A stretch of 64,000 nt of DNA, from positions 1 to 64,000 of IMG/VR virus record IMGVR_UViG_3300041409_000599. The stretch is one strand, 5' to 3'. Position 1 is the first letter of the stretch. Each line of letters begins with the position of its first letter. The stretch is from a virus. Positions 8,458-17,750 of the stretch are shown here, piece after piece. The position numbers and the translations under genes are program-made. The notes beneath the pieces are model-generated. The model had not been told where the DNA came from, made no database searches, and saw only the letters and a list, made by a program, of their open reading frames with translations.

Positions 8458-9576
8458 ATGGCAGAAAAAGTATCAGCACTCGCAACCGTTCCACCGCAGC
8501 CCGTCGCAATCGCGCCGGAGCGTAGCAGCATCCTCAACCTAGCCCCGCGCAATTTCGATGAAGCCATGCGCTTCTCCAAACTGCTGGCCGATAGCGACCT
8601 CGCGCCGAAAGACTTCAAAGGCAAGCCAGCCAACGTACTGATCGCCCTGCAGATGGGCTGCGAAGTCGGACTGGCGCCCATGGCGGCAATTCAAAATATC
8701 GCCGTGATCAATGGACGTCCATCCATCTGGGGCGATGCCGCTCTGGCGATTGTGATGGCGCACCGCGACTTTGAAAATATCAAGGAAACCTTTGAAGGCG
8801 CCAACGAGAACAAGACCGCCATCTGTGAAGTGAAGCGTAGAGGCCATGATCCGCACATCGCGCGGTTCTCCGTGGCCGATGCCAAGAAAGCGCAGCTCTG
8901 GGGCAAGCAGGGACCGTGGACGAATTATCCCGACCGCATGTTGCAGATGCGCGCCCGCGGCTGGGCCATCCGTGACAAATTTGCCGACGCCCTGCGCGGA
9001 TTGAACATCGGCGAGGAAATGCAGGACGCGCCCACCATTGAGGCCTCGACCCTGCCGCAGATCGATCCTGCCAAAGAAACGCTGAAGAATGAGATTGACG
9101 CTCTGCTCACGTCGGTCGGAGTGAACGCCGCGAACCGCATGGCCATCCTGAGCGCGAACGATGCGGACCTCGCTGGATGTCTCGCCGCGCTAAAGACCAT
9201 CAAGCTTGTGCTGACCGATGAACGTATTCCGGTCCAGCAATGGCCGGCTCTGCTGCAAAAGCAGATGCGCAACCTGGACAACTACGCCAAAGGGCTCAAG
9301 GAAGCGCACGAAAAGAAGAACTGCCAAAAGCCCGATGAATCTCCCGCGCAGCCAGCGGAGACCGCTACATCAGCGGAACCCGCTACGCCCGAGGGGAACG
9401 GATCTGCTGCCCCCAACCATGGCCAGCAGCCAGCGCATCAGGGGACGGGAGCGGCCACCTGCTCTGGCGATTCCCGTCCTGCCGCTGGACCGCAAGACGA
9501 TTTGTTTATCAGCAAAGAAGAGACACAGCCAAAACAGTCCGCCGCGAATGGCGGCAAGGGAAGATTCAAGTTTTAA
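8458..9576 (+). CDS. recT: RecT-family ssDNA annealing recombinase
   Basis: PKDFKGKPANVLIALQMGCEVGLAPMAAIQNIAVINGRPSIWGD...WTNYPDRMLQMRARGWAIRDKFADAL; aromatic C-terminus. Confidence 0.85.
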   Translation: MAEKVSALATVPPQPVAIAPERSSILNLAPRNFDEAMRFSKLLADSDLAPKDFKGKPANVLIALQMGCEVGLAPMAAIQNIAVINGRPSIWGDAALAIVMAHRDFENIKETFEGANENKTAICEVKRRGHDPHIARFSVADAKKAQLWGKQGPWTNYPDRMLQMRARGWAIRDKFADALRGLNIGEEMQDAPTIEASTLPQIDPAKETLKNEIDALLTSVGVNAANRMAILSANDADLAGCLAALKTIKLVLTDERIPVQQWPALLQKQMRNLDNYAKGLKEAHEKKNCQKPDESPAQPAETATSAEPATPEGNGSAAPNHGQQPAHQGTGAATCSGDSRPAAGPQDDLFISKEETQPKQSAANGGKGRFKF

Positions 9577-9581
9577 CAAAT

Positions 9582-9734
9582 TTCTGCGGCGGCGTGGATG
9601 GACACGCTACAGCAATCGAAGGGGCTGAGTACGTGAAGGCTCAGGTTACCAGTCAGCAAAGTAATTAGCTAAGTGCAGACGCCAAGAGTCGCGTCGGTAA
9701 TTTCAGCAGTGGGTATCAAGGCCCACCCGCAGAA
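9582..9734 (+). ncRNA. tRNA-shaped structured RNA with an ~100-nt insert
   Basis: TTCTGCGG/CCGCAGAA closing stem, GCGTG-GATGGA-CACGC D-like arm, GTGGGT-ATCAAG-GCCCAC T-like arm, internal hairpins. Confidence 0.6.
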
Positions 9735-9754
9735 GCAAGATTGGAGTAGCTCAT

Positions 9755-9865
9755 ATGTTCACCGACCCATACATCGACGACCTACAGCGGCAGTCCGGAG
9801 TATTTGACGGCCCACCTTACGAACAGGAAGACGACGATAACGACGACGGCCCGATAGCCGCTTAA
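9755..9865 (+). CDS. 36-aa acidic peptide ending -IAA
   Basis: SD GGAG; MFTDPYIDDLQRQSGVFDGPPYEQEDDDNDDGPIAA. Confidence 0.45.
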   Translation: MFTDPYIDDLQRQSGVFDGPPYEQEDDDNDDGPIAA

Positions 9866-9870
9866 TCACC

Positions 9871-10299
9871 ATGTCATCACCCGAGCACGTCAAACGCGAA
9901 CGCATCACCCGACGCGAAGCCGGCATTGCCGGACTGGAAGCCCTGTTTAAGAGCTACTCCATCGTCAACGTGAATGCCGGATACCACTTTCGCGTCAATG
10001 GCATGCTCGATCTTTTTCCCACCAACTACCGCTTTCACAACCTTCGCACCGGCAAGCGTGGCGACTATCCTCCACGCCCTAAGAAGAAGCTGATCCCCTC
10101 CCATTTAGAGGCTGTACTTCCAGTAGTGAACACCAGGCGTAGCCGCAATCCGCTAGCCGCAAACTTCAATAAAACTCATTGCAAACATGGACATGAGTTC
10201 ACCCCGGAAAACACAAAGACACGAATTGATCGCCCTGGCACACGGGAGTGCAGGGCATGCGAGAGGTCAAAATGCCGACGCAAGCAAACAGCAGCATAG
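9871..10299 (+). CDS. Chimeric protein with an HNH-endonuclease C-terminal remnant and zinc finger
   Basis: PSHLEAV...VNTRR then KTHCKHGHEFTPENT...RECRAC. Confidence 0.6.
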   Translation: MSSPEHVKRERITRREAGIAGLEALFKSYSIVNVNAGYHFRVNGMLDLFPTNYRFHNLRTGKRGDYPPRPKKKLIPSHLEAVLPVVNTRRSRNPLAANFNKTHCKHGHEFTPENTKTRIDRPGTRECRACERSKCRRKQTAA

Positions 10300-11417
10300 C
10301 CCCGCCACTCAGCCAGTCACGCCTGAATCTTATGGGGTGCCCGCATCTTTACCAGAAGCGGGTGATTGAAGGGCTTCAGGAATCGGATAATCCGTTTGCC
10401 ATCCGTGGACGCGAATTCCATGATGTTCGAGCGGATTACGTTGTTCACCTGGTCGCCACACGCCAGCGCAAAGACCCGGCCAAGCTGGACGAACTGCTCA
10501 ATGACAATGCCATCAGCGAGGATGCTTATCAACTCCTCACCAACTCGCGGGATGAATTCGAAATAGATCCTGAGTCGGTTCTGCATATTGAGCAGCGCCT
10601 TTATCTGGGCGACGACTTTGAGCCAGTGGAGATCCCGAAGTTCGCGGCCTATGAAGGCAAGCCGGACTTGGTTTTAATCAACGGCGCCGAAGCCAGGATC
10701 CCGGATTACAAAACTACCTTCCAGATATTCGACGCGGACACGCCGCAGGGCCGTCTCTACTCGCTGCTGGTGATGATCCATTATCCGTTTGTGGAGCGCG
10801 TGGTCTTCGAGCTCCATTTCGTCCGGTATGGCTCGGCGAAGCGCAAGGCCGAATACACCCGCGACCAGATTTCGCATTTGAAGGGACGGGTTGCGCGGGA
10901 CCGGGATCGCCAGTTAGCCCTTCACGCGCTGACGGAGCGCGGAGAGGTAGCTCCGGCAATTCCCGGCGAGGCGTGCATTTATTGCCCGCTTCTGATGACC
11001 ACCTGCCCGAACCGCGAGATCAATGATTACGCGGTTTCCACTCCGGAAGATTTACTGAAGGAAGAAGTTTTCCTGAAGGCCAGAATCAAGCGCGTCTCGG
11101 GCCTGCTAAAGACGCATGTCAGCGTCGAGGGGCCAGTCAGCTATAGCGATGCCAATGGGCATACCTACTCGCGCGAGTTCGAGTTGAAGGAACGCACGAC
11201 GTTCCCGCTCATCCCGGTACTGGAAACGCTGATCGCCTGGACCAAGCGCACCGGCGAGGACATCACCGCGAAATTAAAGATCGGCGCCACCGAGTTGAAG
11301 CCATTGCTGAAAGCCAAGAAACGCGCGGAACTGGCGACTGAGGTTGAAGGCGTAAAGATCGTCGAACAGTACACGCAGTTCTCGCTGAAAGGCAGCGAGG
11401 ACGACGACGCAGCATGA
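10272..11417 (+). CDS. PD-(D/E)XK Cas4/RecB-like exonuclease
   Basis: LSQS...CP, GKPDLV...IPDYKT, C-terminal CIYCP...CP Fe-S-like cysteines; next to recT. Confidence 0.82.
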   Translation: MPTQANSSIAPPLSQSRLNLMGCPHLYQKRVIEGLQESDNPFAIRGREFHDVRADYVVHLVATRQRKDPAKLDELLNDNAISEDAYQLLTNSRDEFEIDPESVLHIEQRLYLGDDFEPVEIPKFAAYEGKPDLVLINGAEARIPDYKTTFQIFDADTPQGRLYSLLVMIHYPFVERVVFELHFVRYGSAKRKAEYTRDQISHLKGRVARDRDRQLALHALTERGEVAPAIPGEACIYCPLLMTTCPNREINDYAVSTPEDLLKEEVFLKARIKRVSGLLKTHVSVEGPVSYSDANGHTYSREFELKERTTFPLIPVLETLIAWTKRTGEDITAKLKIGATELKPLLKAKKRAELATEVEGVKIVEQYTQFSLKGSEDDDAA

Positions 11418-11524
11418 CCGCCGCTGTGATCTTCGCAGTGTTTCTGGCCGGCGTAGTTTCCGGCGTGACGGTGGTTTTGATTTTAACCGGCCACAGATGG
11501 ACCGCGCCGCAGGAGGAGCAATAG

Positions 11525-11806
11525 ATGATTCGTGCGAAGTCAGGCGATCTGCTGATGCTCGTAATTGAGCCAGGGAACATTGATCGGATCAAAAAGAACA
11601 TGCCTATTGACGTGCCGACGGAAGGCGCGCAGAGGCTGATGATCTTTTACTCGCCCGACGTTGTCTACATGCAGGAACTATGCGCGCAAGGCGTCCCATT
11701 TGCCGAAGCGCTCGAACTGTCTCAGGTGAGGCCACCCGTACATGAGCGGCCCTACGTTCCACCGAGCGAGCTAAGAAACGTCAAGGTGTCCGGAGAACCG
11801 GCCTGA
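11525..11806 (+). CDS. Hypothetical protein
   Basis: SD GGAGGAG. Confidence 0.6.
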   Translation: MIRAKSGDLLMLVIEPGNIDRIKKNMPIDVPTEGAQRLMIFYSPDVVYMQELCAQGVPFAEALELSQVRPPVHERPYVPPSELRNVKVSGEPA

Positions 11807-12024
11807 TGCAAGAACCAAAAACAGAAGCGTATTGGCGGGAGCGGGGATACAGGTTCTTCGAACTGTCTTCCTGTCCTGCCTGCGGCGACCCGATATCGGT
11901 ATGGGAGTCGCCGTCAGCGCACATGATCTTTCTGGAGGCGCAGACGCTGGAAACACATTTCAGTTCGTGCACCAGGGCCAGAGAGTACCGCACCGAGCAA
12001 CGCATGAAAGCAGGGGTTTTATGA
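11806..12024 (+). CDS. Small zinc-ribbon protein
   Basis: CPAC...HFSSC. Confidence 0.6.
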   Translation: MQEPKTEAYWRERGYRFFELSSCPACGDPISVWESPSAHMIFLEAQTLETHFSSCTRAREYRTEQRMKAGVL

Positions 12025-12326
12025 GGCCGCAAAGGATTCAGCGTAAGCGTACGAAGGGCTGGAAGATGCCGCCGGACACGGTCTATGTTGGCAGACCGAC
12101 AAAGTGGGGCAATCCATACAACATCGCGGACATGGATGAACCTACGCCAAACAAACGGGAAAACGCAGTGCTCGCTTACAGGATTTCCATGCTCACCGTT
12201 GGCACAGAGATAAGGCGCGAGCTTAGCGGCAAAAACCTAGCCTGCTGGTGCCCACTTGATCAACCCTGCCATGCCGATGTGTTGCTGGAAATTGCAAATC
12301 AAGAAACGCCAGAGGTCACACCATGA
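12021..12326 (+). CDS. DUF4326 family protein
   Basis: RIQRKRTKGW...YVGRPTKWGNPY...LSGKNLACWCP...CHADVL. Confidence 0.85.
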   Translation: MRPQRIQRKRTKGWKMPPDTVYVGRPTKWGNPYNIADMDEPTPNKRENAVLAYRISMLTVGTEIRRELSGKNLACWCPLDQPCHADVLLEIANQETPEVTP

Positions 12327-14218
12327 AAATCAACCGCCTATCTCTCACCAACTTTCGTTCCCATCGCGCCACTGAGTTTGACCTCGATCGCGTGACCATC
12401 TTTAGGGGCGTGAACGGCGCCGGGAAATCCTCAATCCAGGATGCGCTGGAATTTCTGTTTACAGGAACCACGCGCCAGACTGACGCCGGCGGCCGCGGCG
12501 CCGACCTGCTGGTTTCGCATGGAACGGGAATGCGCAATCCGGAGATGGCGGTTCAGGCACGCCTTGCCGACGATCTGGCATCCATCTGCATCCAGCGCAT
12601 CGGCGGCACCAACCAGTTTGAGATCAACTGGAAGGAAGGCGACCATTGGACGCGCTATCTGGGCGACCGCGGACGGGCATGCGTTGCGGAACACATCGCG
12701 CCGCTGCCGGTCCTGCAGGCCGTTCTCAACTCGGGACGCTTCCTGTCGCTGTCGGAGAAAGAGCAGAAGAACCTGCTCACGTCGGCGCTGGCCAGCAAGC
12801 CGGTAGTCGTGCCGGACGAAATTGTTAAGCCTATGCGCAAACTGCTGGAATTGGAGGCCCGCTCCCGCCTTTGCCTTGAGGTGCCTGATGCCGCAACCGC
12901 CGATTCCATCCACAAGATTTATTACGATCTCCGCACCGATCTCAATCGCCAGATCAAAGCTCTGGGCGAACTCACCGCCACGGAGGTCCCTGCCGACGCA
13001 CCCGACCCCGCCCTCGTAAAGAAGCAGCTCGCCGACCTCAACAAAGAGCGCGATGGACTGCTTCAATCCAGAGAGAAGCGCCAGGCCAGCCACGCCGCTG
13101 ACCGCATCAGGCTATCCGAAGCGCAGCGCCAGCTTGACGCATTCAAAGACGCCATCCTCGAAGACGGCGAAGTGGACAAGCTACAGAAGACCGCCGGCAG
13201 AAAGCTCAAGGCCGCCGAGATCCAGACGGAAATCGATAATCTTACCCGGCGCATCACCGCTGACCGCGACCTGGTAAAGCAGATGAAAGACGCGCCCGAT
13301 TCCTGCCATGCCTGCGGCCGCGCGCTGGTCAAAGACGATATCACCGCCAAAGTCGACGAACTGGAATTGGCCATCAAGACCGCTGAAGGCCTGCGCGAAG
13401 AAGCCCAGGCGCGTCTCACCAAACTGGGCGACCCGGCCACGGCAGACCAGAAGATTGCCGCGCACAAGAAAGCAGTCGTTGCCACCGGATCGGCTGAGCG
13501 CGCACTCAAGGAACTGAAAGACCTGCCGGAAACCTGCGACGTCAGCGACCTCACGCAGAAGCTTGCCGCCCTGGACCTGCGCATCGCCGATGGCGGGGAA
13601 GTGCTGGCTGAGGTACAGCGTCTGGCCGGAGCGAAGCAGCAATACGACCAGACCGTCGCCAAAAAACAGGAATTGGCCAACCGCGTTCTGGCGGCAGAGA
13701 AGATCATCAACGCCTTCGGGCCCGGCGGTCCTATCCGCGCGCAGTTGGTGGGCGCCCGCATCCATGACTTTCACCGCAAACTGAACGACTCGCTTGAACG
13801 CCTCGGCTTCAATTGTGATTTCACGCTTGAGCCGTACCACGTTGAACTGACGGAAGTGCGCGACGGGAAAATCAATTCTTCGCAGATACTGAGCCCGCGC
13901 CAACTCTCCGAGTCCGAGTCCTTCCGTTTCTCCATCGCGTTCCAGATCGCCCTGGCCGAAGCTACCGGCGTGAACTTCATTGTGATCGATCGCTCGGATG
14001 TTCTGTTGCCGGAGTTGCGGTCCACGCTGGCCGAGACGCTGCTCGAGTCAAAACTTGACCAGGCCATCGTGCTCGTCGCCGGTGACCATGCACCAGTGGC
14101 GCTGCCGCCCGACGTAAAACTGTACGACCTGGCCAAAGACAGTCAGGGGCACACCGGCGTTGCCGCCGAATACAAGTACTACGTCAATGAAACCGTTTGT
14201 GAGGAGATGCCGCAGTGA
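12323..14218 (+). CDS. Rad50/SbcC-like SMC ATPase
   Basis: LTNFRSH, Walker A GVNGAGKSS, coiled coils with CHAC zinc hook, degenerate signature LSESE, Walker B IVID. Confidence 0.85.
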   Translation: MKINRLSLTNFRSHRATEFDLDRVTIFRGVNGAGKSSIQDALEFLFTGTTRQTDAGGRGADLLVSHGTGMRNPEMAVQARLADDLASICIQRIGGTNQFEINWKEGDHWTRYLGDRGRACVAEHIAPLPVLQAVLNSGRFLSLSEKEQKNLLTSALASKPVVVPDEIVKPMRKLLELEARSRLCLEVPDAATADSIHKIYYDLRTDLNRQIKALGELTATEVPADAPDPALVKKQLADLNKERDGLLQSREKRQASHAADRIRLSEAQRQLDAFKDAILEDGEVDKLQKTAGRKLKAAEIQTEIDNLTRRITADRDLVKQMKDAPDSCHACGRALVKDDITAKVDELELAIKTAEGLREEAQARLTKLGDPATADQKIAAHKKAVVATGSAERALKELKDLPETCDVSDLTQKLAALDLRIADGGEVLAEVQRLAGAKQQYDQTVAKKQELANRVLAAEKIINAFGPGGPIRAQLVGARIHDFHRKLNDSLERLGFNCDFTLEPYHVELTEVRDGKINSSQILSPRQLSESESFRFSIAFQIALAEATGVNFIVIDRSDVLLPELRSTLAETLLESKLDQAIVLVAGDHAPVALPPDVKLYDLAKDSQGHTGVAAEYKYYVNETVCEEMPQ

Positions 14219-14520
14219 AAATCAGTAACGACCTTACCAACGCGGAACTTGAACGCCTTGCGATCCTCTCGGAAGAAATGGGCGAAGTGCAACAGACCAT
14301 CGGCAAGATCATCCGGTTTGGCTACGAGTCATGTAACCCCTCCATCATTACCGGGCAGACGAACCGACATGACCTGGAACGCGAGATAGCAGATGTCCAA
14401 GTTGCGATCAATATGCTTCTGCAAAATCGGGATGTAAACGGAGATGGCGTGGCCTTACGGATGAAGCGAAAAGCAGAAAATATCAAGCCGTACCTTCATC
14501 ATCAGGAGCCATCCAAATGA
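14215..14520 (+). CDS. MazG-like nucleotide pyrophosphohydrolase
   Basis: EEMGEV...EREIADV (EExxE...ExxD). Confidence 0.7.
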   Translation: MKISNDLTNAELERLAILSEEMGEVQQTIGKIIRFGYESCNPSIITGQTNRHDLEREIADVQVAINMLLQNRDVNGDGVALRMKRKAENIKPYLHHQEPSK

Positions 14521-14930
14521 TTTCCACACAACAAAAGATTGCCTTTCAGGATGTCACCATCCCTTGCCGGGAGTGCCATCGCGAGTTCATGTGGACCGCA
14601 GCCGAGCAGCAGCACTTCGCCGAAAAAGGCTTGAAGCACCAGCCCAAGCGCTGCCGGTCGTGCCGCACCAACAAGCCCACGCAGCCTATGCCGGAAATGG
14701 AAATCAGCCGCGGACGGGTGAAGTGGTTCAACGCCAACAAGGGCTATGGCTTCATCACGCCCGACAACCCGGAAAACGGCGACGTGTATGTCCACTTCAG
14801 CCAGATTGTCGGCAAGGGGTTCGTCAGCCTTACCACGGGCCAGACCGTGGATTTCAACATCGTTACGGCAGAAAAAGGGCTCGCCGCCGTTAATGTGCGC
14901 GTGGTCAACCCAACCGTGGAGGCCGTGTAG
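14517..14930 (+). CDS. Zinc-ribbon plus cold-shock domain fusion
   Basis: CREC...EQQHFAEKG..HQPKRCRSC followed by GRVKWFN..KGYGFI...DVYVHFS. Confidence 0.9.
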   Translation: MISTQQKIAFQDVTIPCRECHREFMWTAAEQQHFAEKGLKHQPKRCRSCRTNKPTQPMPEMEISRGRVKWFNANKGYGFITPDNPENGDVYVHFSQIVGKGFVSLTTGQTVDFNIVTAEKGLAAVNVRVVNPTVEAV

Positions 14931-14934
14931 AGCA

Positions 14935-15987
14935 TTGGTTAAATCTGGCAAACCGCCGGCATTCCAGTTCTACGCAAAGGACTGGATCAGTTCGAAAGCC
15001 ATTCGCGTGATGAATCCGACACAACGCGGGTACTACATTCAGCTCCTTGCCGAGGCATGGGACAACACCCCTATCGGCCACCTTCGGAACGAGCCGGAAT
15101 TGATCCGTTCCCTGGCCGGCGAACTGGACGATGAGACCTGGGAAAACAACCACAGACTCGTGCTTGAACAATTCAAAGTGCGGGGCAAGTTGATTTACAA
15201 CCCGCGTCTGGTCGAGGAAAGAAAGAAGCAGGAAAAAAATAAAATGACAGGCAAGAAAGGCGGGACTACATCGGCAAATCACAGAAAACAAAAGCAGATA
15301 GGTGTCAACCAAACGCCTACCCAAGCTCAACCCCATGCTACCGTTCCGGTTGAACCAAAAAGCAACCCTTCTTCTTCTACTTCTATTGCTATTGCTACTT
15401 CATCTTCTACTGCAGTAGAAGAACCAAAACCTTCTGCTCGTAAAACTCGCAGGGCCGCTCCAAGTCCAAAACGTGTAACTGACGCCACGGGCGAAACCAA
15501 ACACAAGCGCATTGAGCACATGCTGATGGCCGCATGGGAGGAACACAACCCCGGCGCCGGTAAATGTCCGTGGGGACCGGACGATGGTGCGCAATTGAAG
15601 CGCATGCTTGAGAAAACCGCCAACTGGCCGGATACCAGCTACGCGCAGTGCGTGATGCACCTTTACGCGACCGAGGGGTTCCCGCGGTCGGAATTGCCTG
15701 TCTATTTCCTGCCGCGACTACCAACGTATTTTCAGGGGCCCAAGGACAGATACAACCGCGAGATAGGACGAGGAAATGGGAACGGAAACCATACAAAAAC
15801 AGCAGCAGCAGGGCGAGCAAGTCGAAACGTGGAGGCCCTTGTACGCAGCAGCGTGGGAACAGGCGTTCAACGAGTTCATGTTCCTGATGGCGGAACAGTA
15901 CAACCTGGAACTGCTGATCGAAGCGGGCGGGAGGAGCGTTCCGTCGCCGACGGTGAAGTTCTGGCGGGAAAGCCTAAAGGAACTTAG
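14935..15987 (+). CDS. DUF1376 (YdaU)-type replication initiator
   Basis: PAFQFYAKDW...QRGYYIQLLAEAW N-terminal domain; Ser/Thr low-complexity centre; start codon (TTG) uncertain. Confidence 0.75.
   Translation: MVKSGKPPAFQFYAKDWISSKAIRVMNPTQRGYYIQLLAEAWDNTPIGHLRNEPELIRSLAGELDDETWENNHRLVLEQFKVRGKLIYNPRLVEERKKQEKNKMTGKKGGTTSANHRKQKQIGVNQTPTQAQPHATVPVEPKSNPSSSTSIAIATSSSTAVEEPKPSARKTRRAAPSPKRVTDATGETKHKRIEHMLMAAWEEHNPGAGKCPWGPDDGAQLKRMLEKTANWPDTSYAQCVMHLYATEGFPRSELPVYFLPRLPTYFQGPKDRYNREIGRGNGNGNHTKTAAAGRASRNVEALVRSSVGTGVQRVHVPDGGTVQPGTADRSGREERSVADGEVLAGKPKGT
15303..15432 (+). repeat. Candidate replication origin (degenerate AACC-core repeats and pyrimidine-rich tract) inside the initiator gene
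   Basis: TCAACCAAA, TCAACCCC, TGAACCAAAA, GCAACCC, AGAACCAAAA, with a (TCT/ACT/ATTGCT)n tract among them. Confidence 0.4.
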
Positions 15988-16441
15988 CCCAATGCAAATG
16001 CTCGAAGGACTGCGTGGGTACATGAAATCGGAACGCGGCAGGTTCAAGCCGACACCCGGCGAGATTGAAAACAACGCGCCGCAAGCTACAGACCGGCCGC
16101 GCAAGGTGTTTGATCCGAAATGCCGGGACTGCTCAGGAACCGGATTCCGTAAGGTCCTGGTCGACAGCAAGATCCACCTTGGGAAAAAAGCGCAAAGGGT
16201 ACAGAACTGCTATTGCGAACGCACGGTGTATGGCGGCCAGGAGTTTAAGCCGGAAGTGAAGCAACTGCCGCCGACCAATGAGGAAGCCGCCGCGATCATG
16301 GGCAAGCTGGCAAAGGAATTGCCAGGACTCGATGACATCGGCAAGAAAATGCCGGAGAGACGCGAGATGACCGACGAAGAAAAAGTCATCCGGCGCGACC
16401 AGATGAAAGCCGCCATGAAAGAGAGAGGGTTGCTGTCATGA
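15776..16441 (+). CDS. Putative helicase loader-like replication protein with zinc finger
   Basis: W...L...RFKPTPGEI motif, CRDCSGTG...CYC; follows the initiator; start uncertain. Confidence 0.55.
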   Translation: MGTETIQKQQQQGEQVETWRPLYAAAWEQAFNEFMFLMAEQYNLELLIEAGGRSVPSPTVKFWRESLKELSPMQMLEGLRGYMKSERGRFKPTPGEIENNAPQATDRPRKVFDPKCRDCSGTGFRKVLVDSKIHLGKKAQRVQNCYCERTVYGGQEFKPEVKQLPPTNEEAAAIMGKLAKELPGLDDIGKKMPERREMTDEEKVIRRDQMKAAMKERGLLS

Positions 16442-16872
16442 ATCCCTGCGATACCTGCGCATTCCGCAACGGCGCCGAAGCCAATAGCGAGCCATACAAT
16501 CGGCTGCGTGCTCTGGTGTGCGCCGTGAGCGGTATCCCGTTCTATTGCCATCACGGCTTTGACTGGCAGACCACCGATATCAGCCTGATCAATCGGCGGT
16601 TTGTGCCGGTCGGCGGCGAGCTCACCTGCAGGATGCACGCTTGCGCCGGCTGGAAGCGAGAGGTTGCGCGATTCAAAGCGAATGGACAGATTCCCAGCGA
16701 TCCGGCAGTACGAAGCGTGCAGCGCCAGTTCGGAGAGTATGCGCTCTGTCTGATCAAAGCCGCGATCGACGCGCCAGAGGATAGCGCAGAAAAGGAAGCG
16801 CACTGGAAAGAACTGCGCGGCGTGATGGAGATGTTGTTTCAGCGGCCAGGGCAAGCGGAGGAAGCAGCTTGA
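16438..16872 (+). CDS. Cys-rich phage protein
   Basis: PCDTCAF...FYCH...CAGW. Confidence 0.65.
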   Translation: MNPCDTCAFRNGAEANSEPYNRLRALVCAVSGIPFYCHHGFDWQTTDISLINRRFVPVGGELTCRMHACAGWKREVARFKANGQIPSDPAVRSVQRQFGEYALCLIKAAIDAPEDSAEKEAHWKELRGVMEMLFQRPGQAEEAA

Positions 16873-17750
16873 CCGCGATGAGCACATCTCGAATCACGCG
16901 GCCGGTTCTGCGTTATCACGGAGGCAAGTGGAAACTGGCACCGTGGATCATTTCGCACTTTCCGAAACACCAGATTTACGTTGAGTCTTTTGGTGGCGGC
17001 GGGAGTGTGTTGATCTCCAAGGAACGCAGTTACGCGGAAATTTACAACGATCTTGATCTTGAAATCGTTAACCTATTCCGCGTTGTCCGCGACCAGGGAC
17101 CAAAGCTGATCCGAGCAATCGAACTGACCCCTTACGCGAGGGAAGAATTCAACGCGAGCTTTAGGCCGTCATGCCGGCCGCTGGAGCAGGCGCGGCGCAC
17201 GGTGCTCCGGAGTTATGCAGGCTTCGGTGGAAACCTGACCAGGATTACTCGCGACCTAACCCCGCAACGGACCGGCTTCCGCGACTATTCCAAAAAGAAT
17301 CGGCACGCAATTCCTGCCCAGGACTGGCGCAACTGGCCTGGCGCCCTGCCGAACCTCATTGATCGGCTGCGCGGCGTGATCATTGAAAACCGAGACGCTA
17401 TCAGGATTATCACGAAGCACGATAGCCCTGAAACCCTCCATTACGTCGATCCCCCTTACGTCCACACAACTCGACGGTTCGACGGAAACGGCCACCGTGG
17501 CCATCGCCATGAATTGACCGACGACCAGCATCGCGAACTGGCAACACTGCTGCACTCCGTCAAAGGCATGGTCATCATCTCCGGCTATCCCTGCGACCTC
17601 TACGACAAAGAACTGTACCCAAATTGGAAGCGCATTGAACGCCAACATTTGGCCGACGGAGCGCGCAAGCGCACGGAAGTGATCTGGCTAAATCAGAACT
17701 GCGTAGACGGTCTGCGCCAAATGTCATTCCCCATGGAGGAAACACAGTGA
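16869..17750 (+). CDS. DNA adenine methyltransferase (Dam-like)
   Basis: YHGGKWKLA, YVESFGGGGSV, EIYND, YVDPPY. Confidence 0.93.
   Translation: MTAMSTSRITRPVLRYHGGKWKLAPWIISHFPKHQIYVESFGGGGSVLISKERSYAEIYNDLDLEIVNLFRVVRDQGPKLIRAIELTPYAREEFNASFRPSCRPLEQARRTVLRSYAGFGGNLTRITRDLTPQRTGFRDYSKKNRHAIPAQDWRNWPGALPNLIDRLRGVIIENRDAIRIITKHDSPETLHYVDPPYVHTTRRFDGNGHRGHRHELTDDQHRELATLLHSVKGMVIISGYPCDLYDKELYPNWKRIERQHLADGARKRTEVIWLNQNCVDGLRQMSFPMEETQ

Noticed and set aside
9582-9865. tmRNA gene
   Set aside because: No GGGG 5' end or CCA, too short, and the tag-like ORF lies outside the closing stem with its own SD and ATG
10272-11417. CRISPR-Cas locus (Cas4-like gene)
   Set aside because: No repeat-spacer array or other cas genes seen; the context is recombination
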